Assembly: GCA_002269645.1 (NCBI GenBank)
Contig: NIVC01000874.1
Coordinates: 248,001 to 312,000, forward strand
DNA length: 64,000 bases
Direction: 5' to 3'
Source: Macrostomum lignano
Lineage: Eukaryota
The notes below the pieces were generated by a model. That model saw nothing but the letters and a program-made list of their open reading frames with translations. It did no database searches and had not been told where the DNA came from. A program made the translations under genes and the position numbers. Every line of letters starts with the position of its first letter. Position 1 is the first letter of the stretch. Of the stretch, positions 38,217-51,739 are shown in pieces.

Positions 38217-38556
38217 TTTAGTGCTGGTTTGCTGGACAATGCAGTGATTCCATTCATTCAGCCTTGCTATGCAGGTTAGACACTGTTGCCCGGAAAGAGC
38301 TGCACGAGTCTAACATTGGTTCAGTCCAGTGGGTACCAGCATGCAAGCCAATGTACATTGAAATCGTCCCCCGAAAAAAACCTAATCGCTTTGTACACTG
38401 CAGGACAGATTGGTCGTTCCAATTGTACGGTACGCGCGAGGAGTGAAATTCCCGCGGTGGGGTGGGGTGGCGCGGTCTGGACTGCGCGTGCGTCTAAGAT
38501 AGGGAGAAATCGGGGGGGGGGGAGGAAAGCGAAGTTTCCTGGCTAATACAGACCAA

Positions 38557-38678
<122 letters not shown>

Positions 38679-40832
38679 CTAGAAACTTGCGGAAATAAAA
38701 GACTGGGTTAAACTTACAAGGTAACCACTGAAATAGGCTAAACTGCAGGTTAGAAAATACCGCCATTCATAGAAGCTTTTGCCTCTTCCCTGATTTCATT
38801 CGGTTCCGCATGCAGAGCAGCGCCATGATGCGAATCAAATGCAGCTTATTGTAGGATTCACTGCCAATGCTGGCAGTCGCGCAATGCAATTCAAGTTCCG
38901 GAAATGCGTCAACTGACATGCGCAGCGTCTTCTGGACAGCCACATTGCTAGAAAATTTGCTGTTATAATTTGAACGTCGAATGAAATTGTTTCTGCATGA
39001 AGCAGAACTCGCAGGACGTTGCTGCTTGGAAAAATCAACCCCTCATCCCTTCTTTATTCAGCACATTTTTCATGGTGACAAAGAGAGCAGAGCAACGGCG
39101 CGTAAAGCCGCTGACATATCAGTGCTGGAATTGAGTACTGATCTGCGGGGGGCGCATTCAATTAATTTAAGCATTAATTTATTAAAATTCTTCGCATTTT
39201 AATGCTCTCACACAATGTTGAATGGAATTAAGACTAAAATCCAAAGTGTTCTACTTCTGGGCGCTTATCTTCTTCTGGGCGCTTATCTGCTTCCATTAAG
39301 GCTTTCCTGCCTATGTTGATGGTGACGAAGACAGACAACATACTCGTAGTGACTGAAACTGAATAGTTGTAATCCCGTTGCTTAACATTGGGACTAGTCG
39401 ATTGGAGAAATTCGATTGGAGCTGGATTGTGATTCCAGCCGTTTCGAAGTCTGGCTGAATTATGCTTGCTCAGTCTATATACTTCTTGGTCTGTGCTGGC
39501 TAAGTTAGAACAGGCCATGCAAGGAGACCGCGGACCGCAACAAGCCAACCAAAACCACAATGACCACAACAAGAGACAAAGCGAAATTGCAGACGCTTAA
39601 AGAACCGGCCTTCAAATATTTTTTTCCAACGACTTGCAAGTTGTCATTCAACTAACTCTATTTGTCCTTGTCTCGAACCTTCCACGATCTCTAAAGTACA
39701 GTTCTAAGGTTCGAAACTTCGCAAGCTCGAAACTTAAAAATTCAAAACATCTCAGAAGCTCGAAATTGTTTACCAAAAGAAATATAATTTGTTTTATAAC
39801 CATTTCTTGTAAAATTTCAAATCAAATCTACCTTCTATAACCTTGTACAACTATCCTGTTGCCGATAATTAAAATGATCATAATTGCGTTCATAAGGCGC
39901 TCTACATGGCCGCAGTACCGTGCCGCATGGCTGGATCACTCGATTCTACTGGCCGCGTTAGGCGTCAGAAAGTGGCCTGCAAACTTCCGATCGTTGATTA
40001 ATGGTTGTTGTCTGCCAGTCTCCTGAGTGACGGCACCTGGCTTTTGTGGGACAACTCTCTACGGTCAATGTTCTCAATAAACTTCACCAACTCCTTGTCC
40101 GCCATCAGCAGGTTGTTGTCATGGAAACGCCCGCAGGTTTTGCGGCGCTCGGACTCGAACAGGCTAGCAGACACTGCAGCACAGCAGTTGGCATATGAAT
40201 ACACGCTGTGTGTGTCTGTTGTAGGTCAGTGCACGCTGCGAATACAGGACACCAAGATCGCGATAGAAATGGTCCAGTGTACTTTGCGTGGTACATAGTC
40301 TACGCTCGCATGTTCGCGCGCCTGTAGCTGAGCCAGAGCAGCGCGTAATTGTGTTACACGACTATTACTACATGTAATTGTAACCTGTTTCCACCAGACT
40401 CGTGTTGTCCGTTTAGCTCAAATTATGACCCCCTGAAACTTCCTTAACTTCCATTGTCAGTCGGAATATTCAAATTTCGACGAAAACAAAGCAAACAGTT
40501 GAAGTACCGCAATACATATGGCACAAGTGCACTTTTATTTGTGACTGCGCAATCAAACCGGCAAAACCTACCAGCAGGACAGTTTAGGCAGGACATTCGG
40601 GAAGCAGGGATATGGATAGGGTGGAACATTCCTGGTGAGGAAGCAGTAGATATTTGTGCGATTTATTTTCTACTTTAACTACTTTGATACACTACTGCTC
40701 ACACTCACTACGGATCCCTCTACAGACGAAAGCTGCTAATACAAAAGCCTGGTACCCAGGTGCCCTTAATGACCGATATTACAGCCGTAGTTCTATCCAT
40801 ATGTTCAGAGATATTCAGATATCTCCCAATAT

Positions 40833-43754
40833 TTTCGGCTCAGCACAGAATCAAAGCACAAAACACAACAATGGCGTCGCAGTCACTTGGCGAACTGCCG
40901 CTGGAGAAGCCCGATCGAGCTCAAACCTGGATGACTGCCTTCCAAGCGCTGGCCCGAGCAAGGGACTGGACTGATAGTGATGGAAAGAAGACCATCGCAG
41001 ACAACTTTTTGGCGCACTGCGGGCTCACAGCCTTGGAGAAGATACAAAGCATAATCGCCCCCAAATCCGTGACCGACCTGACTTTTGATGAAATCAACAC
41101 TGCCGTGCAAGCGTACCTAAAGCCAAAGGAAAAGCTGGTCATCGCTGGACGCGTTCGTTTCTTCGCCATGCGGCAAGCACCAAATGAATCAGTTTCTGAC
41201 TTCGTTAGCCGACTTCGTCGTGCCGCTAAGGACTGTAAGTTTGATGATTTGAAGACATCCACCAGTCCTCTCGAGGAATTGCTCCAAATGGCGCTAATTT
41301 CTGGGCTCAGCAATGTAAACCAACAACAACGCGTTCTGGAAGCCACTCAGATCAAATCATTCAAGTCGGTTCCCGAAATTGTCGACTTTATTCGCGACCT
41401 AGAGCAGGTGACAGCTTTTGTGTCCATAAAATCAAGCGACTTTCAAGCGACTTTGACTCAGCCAGCTCCTTCAGTCCAAACACACGAAGCCTCTGTGCAT
41501 TACTCGCAGCGACATAATGGACATCGGAGTGTCAAGGACTGTCGTTACTGCGGCAAAGCACATTCGGAAGGAAAATGCCGGCTTTTGGCAAGCTCTGTTC
41601 AAAATGTGGTAAGAAAAATCACTTAACCAGTGTATGTCGCTCATCATCTGCACGGCCTGTGCACCAAGTCACTGACCCATCAGCTCATGAAATAGACAAT
41701 GAGCCACGTGAGAAGACTTCTCTGATGCATCTCAGCGACGTAGGCACCGTCCACGCTGTCAACGTGGCCACCGAGCCACTTATTATCGATGGCAAGACCG
41801 TCGACATGCAGATCGATACAGGCGCCTCCGTCTCCGTGCTCTCCAGTTCGCAATGGGAACGACTGGGTCGACCCTCGCTGCAGAAGTGTTTTCGGCGGCT
41901 AGAAGCCTTTGATGGTCACGTGATGAAATCACTCGGGAAGCTGGCATCGCCTTTTCCGCGGTGGCATCCCTCTGAACACATCGGCGAGAATCGGGCTCTG
42001 GGCTATGCATCTCATGCAATTTGACTTCAACATCGAGTACGTGCGAGGCCGCGACATTCCACACGCTGACGCTTTATCTCGGCTCCGCTGACGCTTTATC
42101 ACCCTTCAGCAGATGACAAGGAAACGTTTGATGCTATCAACGTCGTGGTATTTGAATCGCCGGTGATCGAGGCCGGAAGAATTTTGGCAGAAATGGACGC
42201 AGACCCGTTCACCCAGAAGATTTTAATGAGAGTACGCGATGGAAATTGGCAAGGGTGCTCGCAGGCAGAGTCAAGCTTCAAAGCCGTTTCCGAAAAGCTA
42301 ACGCTGGAAAACGGACTTCTTTACATGCAGAGGAGGGTTTACATCCCCCCACGGTTGCGCCGGGCTGCCTTTGACGCGATCCATGACACCCACTCTGGAA
42401 TTCAGGCCTCATACAACCTGCTTTCAGCGTCTTGCTGGTGGCCTGGGATGCAACAGGATGTGTCACGATTTGTCCAACGCTGCCCGGTCTGCAGCCGCCT
42501 ACGACCGCGTGTCGGCCACGACAGGGATCGATGGCCCGCCCCGGACTATCCATTCCAACGCATTCACATGGACTGGGCGCATGTAAGAGGAGCTGGCGAC
42601 ATACTGATTATCGTTGACGCTCATTCTGGCTGGATAGAAGCGTTTCCCTGCCAAAACAGAGTGGCCAGCACTGTCCAGCGGTGCCTCTGCGCCATCTTTG
42701 CACGCTTTGGTATGCCGGAGCTGGTTGTGTCAGACAACGCACCCGAATTTGTGGCCGATAGCCTTAACGCATGGCTGCGCGCACTTGGAGTGAAGAAAAT
42801 GGAGTCACCCGCCTATTATGCTCAGGCAAACGGCCTCGCAGAAAGGGCAGTGCAGACCGTTAAATCTGAGCTGCGTGCATGGTCGGAGAGAATAACTCAC
42901 ATGGATTTCCCATTCTACCTGCAAAAAGTGCTCATGCACCATCGCAACTCCTCAAGAAGCCGCGGCCAGTGCCCAGCCGAGTTGGTGCTTGGTAGACGCC
43001 TTCGTGTACCGGTCGTCTCACAGTTCGAGCAAGGAGACAACGTCATCTACCAGCCGCAGAAATCAACTCAGGGAAGCCAGGCTACATTTCTAATGACTGC
43101 TGGACACAATACGGCATGGATTTTAGAAGATGAGAGCCTGAAGCTGGCCAGCACCAATCAGTTGGCCCCACCAATGCCACAGCAGGACGCCCTTACAGCG
43201 GACGAAGAGGAAGCGAATGACAATCTGCCTGTGCAACAGCCCCCGATGCAAATGGCGGCCGGAGAAGAGCAGGCACCAACGACCCATGAGCAGGATGCCC
43301 CAGAGCAACCGAATGACAACCCGATGCGCCGAAGCTCGCGAAATCGTCGGGCCCCTGATCGATTTGTGCCGTTATTGCTGAACAGTATAGACGCTGATTA
43401 AATTCCAAACTTTCAACGAATTCGCCGTTACTTTGTTAAGCACCAAGCTCCCTAAGCTCACCCGTTCATACTCAAACCCACTAATCAATAACCACCAACG
43501 CTTTTCCGTTGCAGTTCTCATTCCCTCGAAGGGGGACATGTTGTATACCGATCCGAATCCAATGTACTTTTATTTTCAGTCGTTGCCCCAGCGTTAATTT
43601 ATTTGTCTGTGTCCCAAACAGCTACCGACTGACTCTGACTCTATAAAGGCTTGCCGTTACTTATATCGTTTAGCAAAATATACATTCAACTTAAGCTACG
43701 CTCTTGTTGTAACAGCTTTCGGCTCAGCACAGAATCAAAGCACAAAACACAACA
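40833..43754 (+). mobile_element. Ty3/Gypsy LTR retrotransposon, internally deleted (no RT), 5' LTR reduced to 38 bp
   Basis: gag from ATG 40871 with two Cys motifs (CRYCGKAH..C, CSKCGKKNH...C); protease DTGAS; RNase H tail IEYVRGRDIPHADALSR; integrase (H..H...C..C, HMD, SDN, NGLAERAVQT); PPT GAAGGGGGAC; 3' LTR TGT...ACA at 43539-43754. Confidence 0.92.
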
Positions 43755-44702
43755 ATATTCTTACACATACACATGTAATTAAGAGAAATGAAACACACAA
43801 TACATATGCAATACAGCTCACAAAATTGTATAAATCCAAGGACTACTTAGGTAGTTTATATAAATTACTTCAGTTGTCCTAGTATAAATATTTTACTGTA
43901 TCAACGCTACACACTATTTACTTGTTATATCGTGCTATAATTTTCGAACTATGGCACCTGGGTTTTCCTGCATGATATTTCTTCTTAAAAAACATCAAAA
44001 CCATTACCGGCCTGTGTGGCGTTGGATGTGCACATGAATAATTATTGCCCATTGGGTTACCTGCTCATTTATTGAGACAAGAGCAACATCTATTGCATGG
44101 TACTACTGTCTACTGGTTCCTACGCTCGTATCACATATCTGATATTATACTGATTAGATTACATAAGTATTATTGTTGACGATTGCTATATGGCTGAAAT
44201 CAATAGTACGTACACTGCCAACAGATTTAACTGCTCTGGTAGTGCTGAGAAAAGTATGAGCTAAAATAAGGTAGGAAACTTCTAAGAGACATTCCTCTAC
44301 GATCAGTTTTATACCTGAGACAATTGGAAATATTCCTGACACAGTTGCTGAAAGTTTGGCTTTCAAATTTTCTTAACTGTGCCAAGTCTGCCAAATAAAT
44401 TAGTTTGACACAGTTTTGCATAGTTGTGGTACAATTGGCAGAATTGAAGATTTTGCTAGGACAATGACTTTCCCGTTGGCTCATGAGCAAGCAGACAGAG
44501 TCAGGTGAAAATCAGTAGTCTCTGGGGTCACAGTTATGAGGGAGCTAGCAGGGGTCAAGCGAACACGTAGTTACTGAAGGCCACAGTTATGAGGGAGCAG
44601 ACGGGGTCAAGTGAACATTAAGTAGTCAACATCGATTAACAAGAACGTAACAGTAACACATGAGCATCAAATTTAAAATTACAGGCTTTACTCTGAAGTT
44701 TT

Positions 44703-45176
44703 TCAATGAGAACCCAAGCTGAACAGCTGCAGACTCCGTGAGCGCTTCTGAGCTTTGCTCGGATCAAAGGAGACCTGCCGAGCGAGCTGTGACACGGTCT
44801 GAGCAACGCAATAGTACTTTATAATTTCGCCTCTCTCATTTCTGAACTCGTACGGCTTCTCCGCCATGTGCCGCCTCACGAGAATCATGATGTCCTCCAG
44901 GTGCTTCTCCATGTAAAATGGCTCGATGTAGTCGCACAGGGTCTGCACGAAGACGCTGCCAGTCTGAGGGTCGCGGTAGGACACCTGACCCTCTGTGGTA
45001 GGGAAGCAGAACAGGAAGTCACTCTCTGGCGGGTACAGGGCCGGGTTCTGCGCGAACTCTGGGGGCAGCTGGTCGACTGCCAGTCCCCTGTGCGTCACTT
45101 CGTCTGTGCCACTGCCGCGGCAGGCCTGGACAAAGAAGATCTTCGGCTTGCCCGCCAGGTCGGGTCAGACGGAGGC
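44703..45176 (-). pseudogene. ANK-caspase copy A, exon 3 (QACRG + p10) with premature TGA at 45167-45165
   Basis: Acceptor cctcctccag; GCC TCC GTC TGA where copy B has TGC; downstream KPKIFFVQACRG...SDFLFCF..SYRD..GSVFVQTLC is intact. Confidence 0.85.
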
Positions 45177-45261
45177 CTGGAGGAGGGTTGGGAAATGTGT
45201 AGAAATTTGTAGAGCTGCAATGCTTTGCATCATATGCACAGATGAGCCAGACCAGACCCAC

Positions 45262-45619
45262 CTTGAACTTGGCTGCGAGCTCCAGAACCGGACTCTGCAC
45301 TCCATGGCCATCGATAATGCAGTCCCTTCTCTGTGCGTCCTTGCGGCCGTGGGCCATCAGGAAGCAGACAAAACTGCCGTGCTTGGCGAGCTCCTTGGAC
45401 TTCTTTGTCTCATTGAGGAAGTCATCGATCTCTGCAGTTGTGGGATTTTGCACCTCCTTGATGGTGAAACTCAGCTTCCTGAAAAGCTTCCTCACTCGGT
45501 CCACATCCCGCTCCGAGCCTTTGCGCTCCTCTTCGCCGCTGCCAGTTGAGTACGTGTTGATGTTGATGATGAGGCAGAATCCCTGCGGGTTCGTCACCTG
45601 GTAGAAATCCTCATGGAGT
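45262..45619 (-). CDS. ANK-caspase copy A, exon 2 (caspase p20 N-part, catalytic His in FLMAHG)
   Basis: PQGFCLIININ...RKGSERDV...FVCFLMAHG; acceptor gcattccag (phase 2), donor AAG|GTGGGT (phase 0); 85-bp intron follows. Confidence 0.9.
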
Positions 45620-46014
45620 CTGGAATGCAGCAGGGTGATCGGGGTGTGAAGCAATGAGTGCAGAACAAGAATCTCCGGAGACCTTTGCCTGATTCTGTGG
45701 GAAGTTTTGCCCGAGAATGCTATGGGATGCCGTGGAATGCTGTGGGCACACTGTATTATATATAATCTCTTCCTTACTAAACCTAAACTGATCATTGTTA
45801 TATCTCTGAAGAAAATAAAAATTAAGAACCAATCGAAGCAAATCATATTCTATGAGCGTTGCATGCAGCCCACAAAAAAGCTTTGACTTCATTTAAAAAT
45901 CTTTTTTTTCTTCAAAATTTAATGCTATTAATTAGCTCGTAAATCCAGCATTCAATTTTTAATGTCACTGTAAGAGACGTGCCAATATATCCGCTTTTTT
46001 CATACAAAACTTAC

Positions 46015-47339
46015 GGTACTGTCGGCGTCTTCTCAGACTGGGACCTCTGCTGGTCCCGCCGCTCAGCGATCCACCGCGTCAACTGAGACCCGTGCTGAGA
46101 GTTCAGCTTCGCGTAGTCAGCAACAGACTTTCGCTTCCATGGAAGAAAGTGCGAAGCATCCCTTAGATCAAGGACAGAGACACCCAGTAAGTCAACGATG
46201 AAGCTGAGCGTTTCGACATCTTGATATTGAGCAGCCACATGAGCCGCTGTAATCCCGTTAAAACCTCTTTTCAAAAGGCATGACCGGCCGAGTTGCTGAA
46301 CCAGCCACTTGAGACAGGAGTTAGTAGCTTCATTCCTAGCGGCCCAGTGAATGGCAGTGCGTTGGAGTCGGCCAGGCTGATGAAAGCAGTCGGATCCGAG
46401 GACTGATTTGAAGAACTGCATGGAATCGGCGCCCTGCTTCCAAGCAGCGAGATGGACGGGAGTGTTTCCTTGTTGGTCTCGAACGGAGAGACAGTCGGTT
46501 CCGCACTCGTTCACCAGCCACTTGAGACAGGAGTTAGTAGCTTCATTCGTAGCGGCATGGTGAATGGCAGTGCGTTGGCAATTGCCAGGCTGATGGAAGC
46601 AGTCGGATCCGAGGACTGATTTGAAGAACTGCATGGAATCGGCGCCCTGCTTCCAAGCAGCGAGATGGACGGGAGTGTTTCCTCGTTGGTCTCGAACGGA
46701 GAGACAGTCGGTTCCGCACTCGTTCACCAGCCACTTGAGACAGGAGTTAGTAGCTTCATTCGTAGCGGCATGGTGAATGGCAGTGCGTTGGCAATTGCCA
46801 GGCTGATGGAAGCAGTCGGATCCGAGGACTGATTTGAAGAACTGCATGGAATCGGCGCCCTGACACAAAGCAGCGAGATGGACGGGAGTGTCTCCTTCTT
46901 GGTCTCGAACGGAGAGACAGTCGGTTCCGCACTCGTTCACCAGCCACTTGAGACAGGAGTTAGTTTTTTCATTCGTAGCGGCACAGTGAATGGCAGTGCG
47001 TTTTATGTAGCCAGGCTGCTGGAAGCAGTCGCATCCGAGGTTTCGGTGAATGAGCTCCATCCATGACTCATCTAGATACAAGGCAGCCAGGTGCACTGGA
47101 GTGTTCATCTTCTCGTTGGTGCAGGTGAGGCATTTGGTTCCGAGTTTCTGAATGAGAGCCTCCATGCAGCTTAGACCGTCGGGAAGGCAGGCCACGTGGT
47201 GAGCAATGGACTGCTCCAACTGGTTGACGCTGACGGTATGGTTGGTGTCGAGCTGCCAGCAGAGATCGAGGAGGCTGTCTAGGTCCTTGGCAGCGAGTGC
47301 TGCAGCTACCAATGCGCGTATTGAGGCTTGCGGCTCCAT
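46015..47339 (-). CDS. ANK-caspase copy A, exon 1 (ankyrin array: N-cap, three 71-aa double-ANK units, C-cap)
   Basis: TPVHLAA / TAIHxAA ankyrin motifs; ends GTA CC|GTAAGT (phase 2), matching the phase-2 acceptor of the caspase exon. Confidence 0.9.
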
Positions 47340-48365
47340 GTGAGACAGGGCTGGGTGAGTCAGTGGCGGAGAGAGTGGGTGAGCGGACGATTAAATCTTG
47401 GCATTCAATGGCGGAGAGGATGTGCAGAGGCTGTTGCTGGGTAATGAGATCAAATACTGATTCGTTCAGCCTTGCGTTGCAGGGTTAGATACTGTAGCCT
47501 GGAAAGAGCCTCGCATGAGTCAAACATTAGTTAAATGGTTCTAGTCTTCAAGCCAATGTACGTTGAAATCTTTCCTCCAAGAAAGACTATCGCTATGTAC
47601 ACTGCGGCACTGATTCGTCTTCTTATCGCGGCCGTTTCAAGTGAAATTCTCCAGCAGTCTTTTGGGGGAGGGGGCAGGTGGGTGTTTTAATAGTTTATGT
47701 TTGGCATAACGTTTGGCATGTACGCAAGTGTATGTACATTTGCTCGCTGTACAATGCAAGCGTGTCAGAATACAAGCGAGTGCCTTGGCGGCAGTCAAGT
47801 GTCGGTCTACGCCTTAAGCCACTTTCTCGTCTCGGCTTATTCTATGACTAAAGGCTCGTCCACACCGCCATCAAATGAAGCCAATTTTGAAGTGATCACA
47901 CTAAATTTGAGTTGATTATTAACGAATCCTTGACAATCACCTCAGTTTTTCACGCCATCAACTGACTTTTTACGAGTGATCGCAAGCGGTCACACTGCAA
48001 TCAACCGACTGATACTGAGGAGAATGACTGCCCTGTGGATAATTGGGACGTTTCTTCGGCAGCATTTTTTGCTGGAAACGGACTAAAGCAGACAGAAATT
48101 CTGTGGTCTCCGCAGTGCTAGAGGAAACTGCTTAATTCGGCAGTTTCGTCACGCTAAATGTGCGGAAACGAAGAAAGAAACGAATTAAAATATTGAGTCG
48201 TTTCCTACGCAGTTTTCAACCAAAGGATCGTCCTTTTTCCTGTTATTTCGATTGTCAGGGTGCCGAAGGTAGTATAGAACAGGATTTTCTTGCACCTTCT
48301 TTACCAGGGGTTTCAGTGGCAACCAACGGGCGCTGTTTTTTCACGCTTGCTCATTTCGCTTATGT

Positions 48366-48719
48366 CAGGGGTCGGCAAACTTTTTTACCTCAACGGCCAG
48401 ATAGAGGACCTAGAGCATGACTCCGGAGGAAGGAGAAGATGAGAGGTAATAAAAAAGAAAGAAGGGAGATAGGAGAGGCGAGGGAATGGAGCAAAGAGGA
48501 GACGAGAGGAGACGAGAGATGAATTAGGTTAGGAGAGTAGAAAAGAGGAGAGAGAGGGAGAGGAGGAAGGAGAGAGGAGAGGAGAGGAGAGAAGAGCGCT
48601 GAGAAGAGACAAACATTAAGGGCCGGATTGCTATTGTGGAGTTTCAAAGGACGGCGAAGGCCGGATAGAGAGGCTTTGCAGACCGCATGTGGCCTGCGGG
48701 CCGAAGTTGCCGACCCGGG
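48366..48719. mobile_element. hAT (Charlie-like) MITE with an AG-rich interior
   Basis: Left end CAGGGGTCGGCAAAC, right end GTTGCCGACCC; flanking 8-mers GCTTATGT and GCTCATGT (one mismatch). Confidence 0.8.
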
Positions 48720-49029
48720 GCTCATGTGATGCAGAATAATAAAATAGTTAAAAACCTGACTGGTGTGATGACCAATCAATTGTGAAGCGACAGTCAGACT
48801 AGACGGAGGGTTGTTGAAATAGAGTGGCTTGAGTTGAGTTTTGTGTGTTGTGCAACTTGGGGTGCTGTGTAAGACGCAAGCAACCAATGTACAGCGTTTT
48901 AGTTGATCAACTGGCACTCGCTTTATTAACATTTGTCGCTGAATTTGAAAATTTGCAGTGTGAATGAGCCTTAATGAAAATGAAGGCAGCTCAAGTGCAG
49001 AGAGCTGCAGTAGCAGTAGCCCAGCCCCA

Positions 49030-50200
49030 AGCTAGTTTTGTCAACATGTTTTAGCGGCCGCCTCAATACCAGCTGGACAGGACTTTGAGCGTTGGCTGGC
49101 CAGATTCAACAATTTTGCATCTTCCTGTGGATCTGCGCAAGAATGTGCTGCTGTCATTCCTCGACGATAAATCATATCAAGCGGCCAGCATTTTAGATGC
49201 TTCCCGAGTCCCAGGACGGCTTTGAGAAGGCTCTGAAAAATCGATTTCGGCCATCGACATCATCTGCAGGCGCAGTTCTTCAATCTCACTCAAAAGGACG
49301 GTCAGTCGGTTGCAGACTATTCCGATGCTTTGATTGTTGCGGCAAAGCGCGCTTTCCCGAGTTGGTGGAGACGAAAGCAGGAGACGTCAGTGACAGCGAA
49401 GGATGAGCTGCTCAAAGGTCGGTTTCTATCCGGATTGAGGGACCCAGCTGTGCGAATGCAGATGCAGATGCAGCCAAAGGCGAAATTCGCTGATGCGGTG
49501 GAAACAGCGCGATTCGTGGAATCTATACAGTCGCAAGGAGCCGCAGCTACGGATCTAGCTGCTGAGGTTCCCGAAGCCTTTGCATTCGAAATTCAACGGT
49601 CTCTGCAGGAGCTGTCCAACAAGCTCAATCGCTGGGAGACAAAGGACCAGGATCATCGAGAGAGTGGCGACAGACGCAGAGTTGTGACATGCTGGAAGTG
49701 CGGTAGGCCGGGCCATGTTCAAAGATTTTGCACTCAGAAATCAGGAAACTTCGGTGGAGCGGCGACCGCCGGGGTGCCGTTCCTCAAGTGAAAATCTCAG
49801 TGCACCCAGTGGTGGAGGTGTCCTGCTCAGCCACTGGTGCTAACGTGCTGGTGAACTGTAGCATCCTGCCAATGTGTTTCCCTTCGGAGTCCCGTAGTCG
49901 GTGCACACCGACCAGGCTCGGAACTGGGAGTCGCAGCTGTTTCAAGAGACGATGCGGCTGCTGAAAATCGACAAGACTCGGACGACAGGCTACCACCCTG
50001 AAGGAGACGGCGGTTGCGAATGGATGAACCGGACGCTGGTGCAGCTGTTGCGAGCATGAGTAAACGAGAATCAGCGAGACTCGGATCTTTATCTGCAGAT
50101 TGCACTGATGGGCTACCGCACTTCAGTCCACAAGTCTATTGGTCAGACACCTTCGGCGATGCATTTCGGCGAGAACTGCGGGGCGCACATGCAACACAAC
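49030..50200 (+). mobile_element. Decayed Gypsy remnant (gag with CCHC knuckle; integrase fragment)
   Basis: RFLSGL...CWKCGRPGHVQRFC; then KTRTTGYHPEGDG..ERMNRTL...YRTSVH..IGQTP; pol largely deleted. A ~54-bp segment is shared by 47794-47842 and 50262-50310. Confidence 0.75.
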
Positions 50201-50319
50201 AGTCAAGTGTCAAGTCAAGTGAAGTGTCAGTCAAGTGTCAATCAGTGTCGGTCAATCACAGTCAAGTGTCGGTCTACGCCTTAAGCCACTTTCTCGTCTC
50301 GGCTTATTCTTACACTGCT

Positions 50320-51200
50320 GTGAAAGGCAACATCCGACGCAACTCTCGACCATCCATCAGAAAGCTCGCCACAGAGCACGAATTGGCCGGCAACAATGTC
50401 CATGCAGCGTGTCTAATTGCTACGAGCGTAGTAGTACAAATAATCCAACACGGAACTGAAGGACTGACACATATAAGAGCAGCAGAGGCTAAAATTAGCA
50501 GCAAAGTTTTAACAGTTGGAAGATGGTTTCTTGAGGCGAGGGCGAGGCTATGTTTAGAAGCCCTATTTGCGAAAACGTTCTGCGCACACACGCACAACGA
50601 TAAAACGGCCCAATTAGGGGCAAATACACGAAAAAACGATAATTGTCAGTTTTCATGCATAAATCTGACGCAGCGACCGATGAAGAACGACCTGCATCTG
50701 CGCTCGATAGTTCGCCATTTGCTACTGAGACGCAGAAGGCAAAGCAGGGATCGCGCGATCTGCTGCTGATATGGATGAAGAGCCGGAGACGCTGGTCGCA
50801 CGATCGTCTTCGCGCGGACGAGAAACTGTTCTACTGTTGACCCTGTGCGCAACCGCTGCAACAACCGAGATTTCCTGCATCACCGCCGCAAAGCTTCTGG
50901 CGGCCATCGTCGGAGTCGTCTTCACTGACGGTCGGAAGGCGCCGGCGATCTTTGTGCCGTTCAGCCGGAAGGGGTTGCAGTGTACCAGCAGCTGCTGCAG
51001 GCTCCTGGATGGCAACTATGTGTGACAGCAGGATGGAGCTCCATAACGACGAGGCGTTTCCTCGACGGGGCGATGACCGACTACTGGCCTCCCAGCATGT
51101 GGCCGCCGTCAACTTCGGACCTTTAATCCCTTGGATTAGGGCATCTGAGCGCACGTGTAGTCCAAGGCCAGCGTTTATTGTCACACGAAATTTTTTCATC
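50320..51200 (+). mobile_element. Decayed Tc1/mariner transposase pseudogene
   Basis: KGNIRRNSRPSIRKLA (HTH); DGRKAPAIFV; YV*QQDGAP; WPPSMWPPSTSDL-NPLD*GI*; several stops and frameshifts. Confidence 0.7.
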
Positions 51201-51739
51201 GTCCCTGCGACAAAAATGTCCGAGGACTTCATTGTTCAGATGAAGCATACCGAGCTTTCCCACAGCAGGTTGTGGACAGTGGGGGGGGGGTGATGGCTTG
51301 AGGATGTTGCTGATGACTTGCGCGTGAAGTTGCATGCCGACTAAAAGTGTTGCTTTTTCGCGAAGTTGCTGCGAGGTGTAGCGAGGCCAGCCTCAAGAGA
51401 CATGAAACTCGTGACTTTTTCGATATTGCAGCTGATGAATTTATGAGCTTGTAATATTTGAAGTTGCGAAACACGCCCCTCTCGAGTCAGGGGGGGTCTA
51501 TTCACCTTCTAATGTCGTTTTAGGTTTCTTGCAAGCAGTGTAAGATTAATATAGGCCAGTTTTATTAGTTCTAAAGTTTCCAGACGATTTCTGTTTAAAA
51601 AATTACAATTTTTCTAGATGGATCTGCTTGATAAGGCTCCCCTTATTCACATTGTCGCGCGAGTGAATCAGTAATTTCATACAATTTATCCATTCTCACA
51701 CAGACATTCTTTACAAACACTCACACGGTATCGCAGTCT

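Noticed and set aside
39234-40298. Short ORFs of 60-112 aa
   Set aside because: No recognisable domain, and stops interrupt the extended frames
44050-44450. Faint RT-like words (TIDFS, IVSG)
   Set aside because: Too degenerate to call
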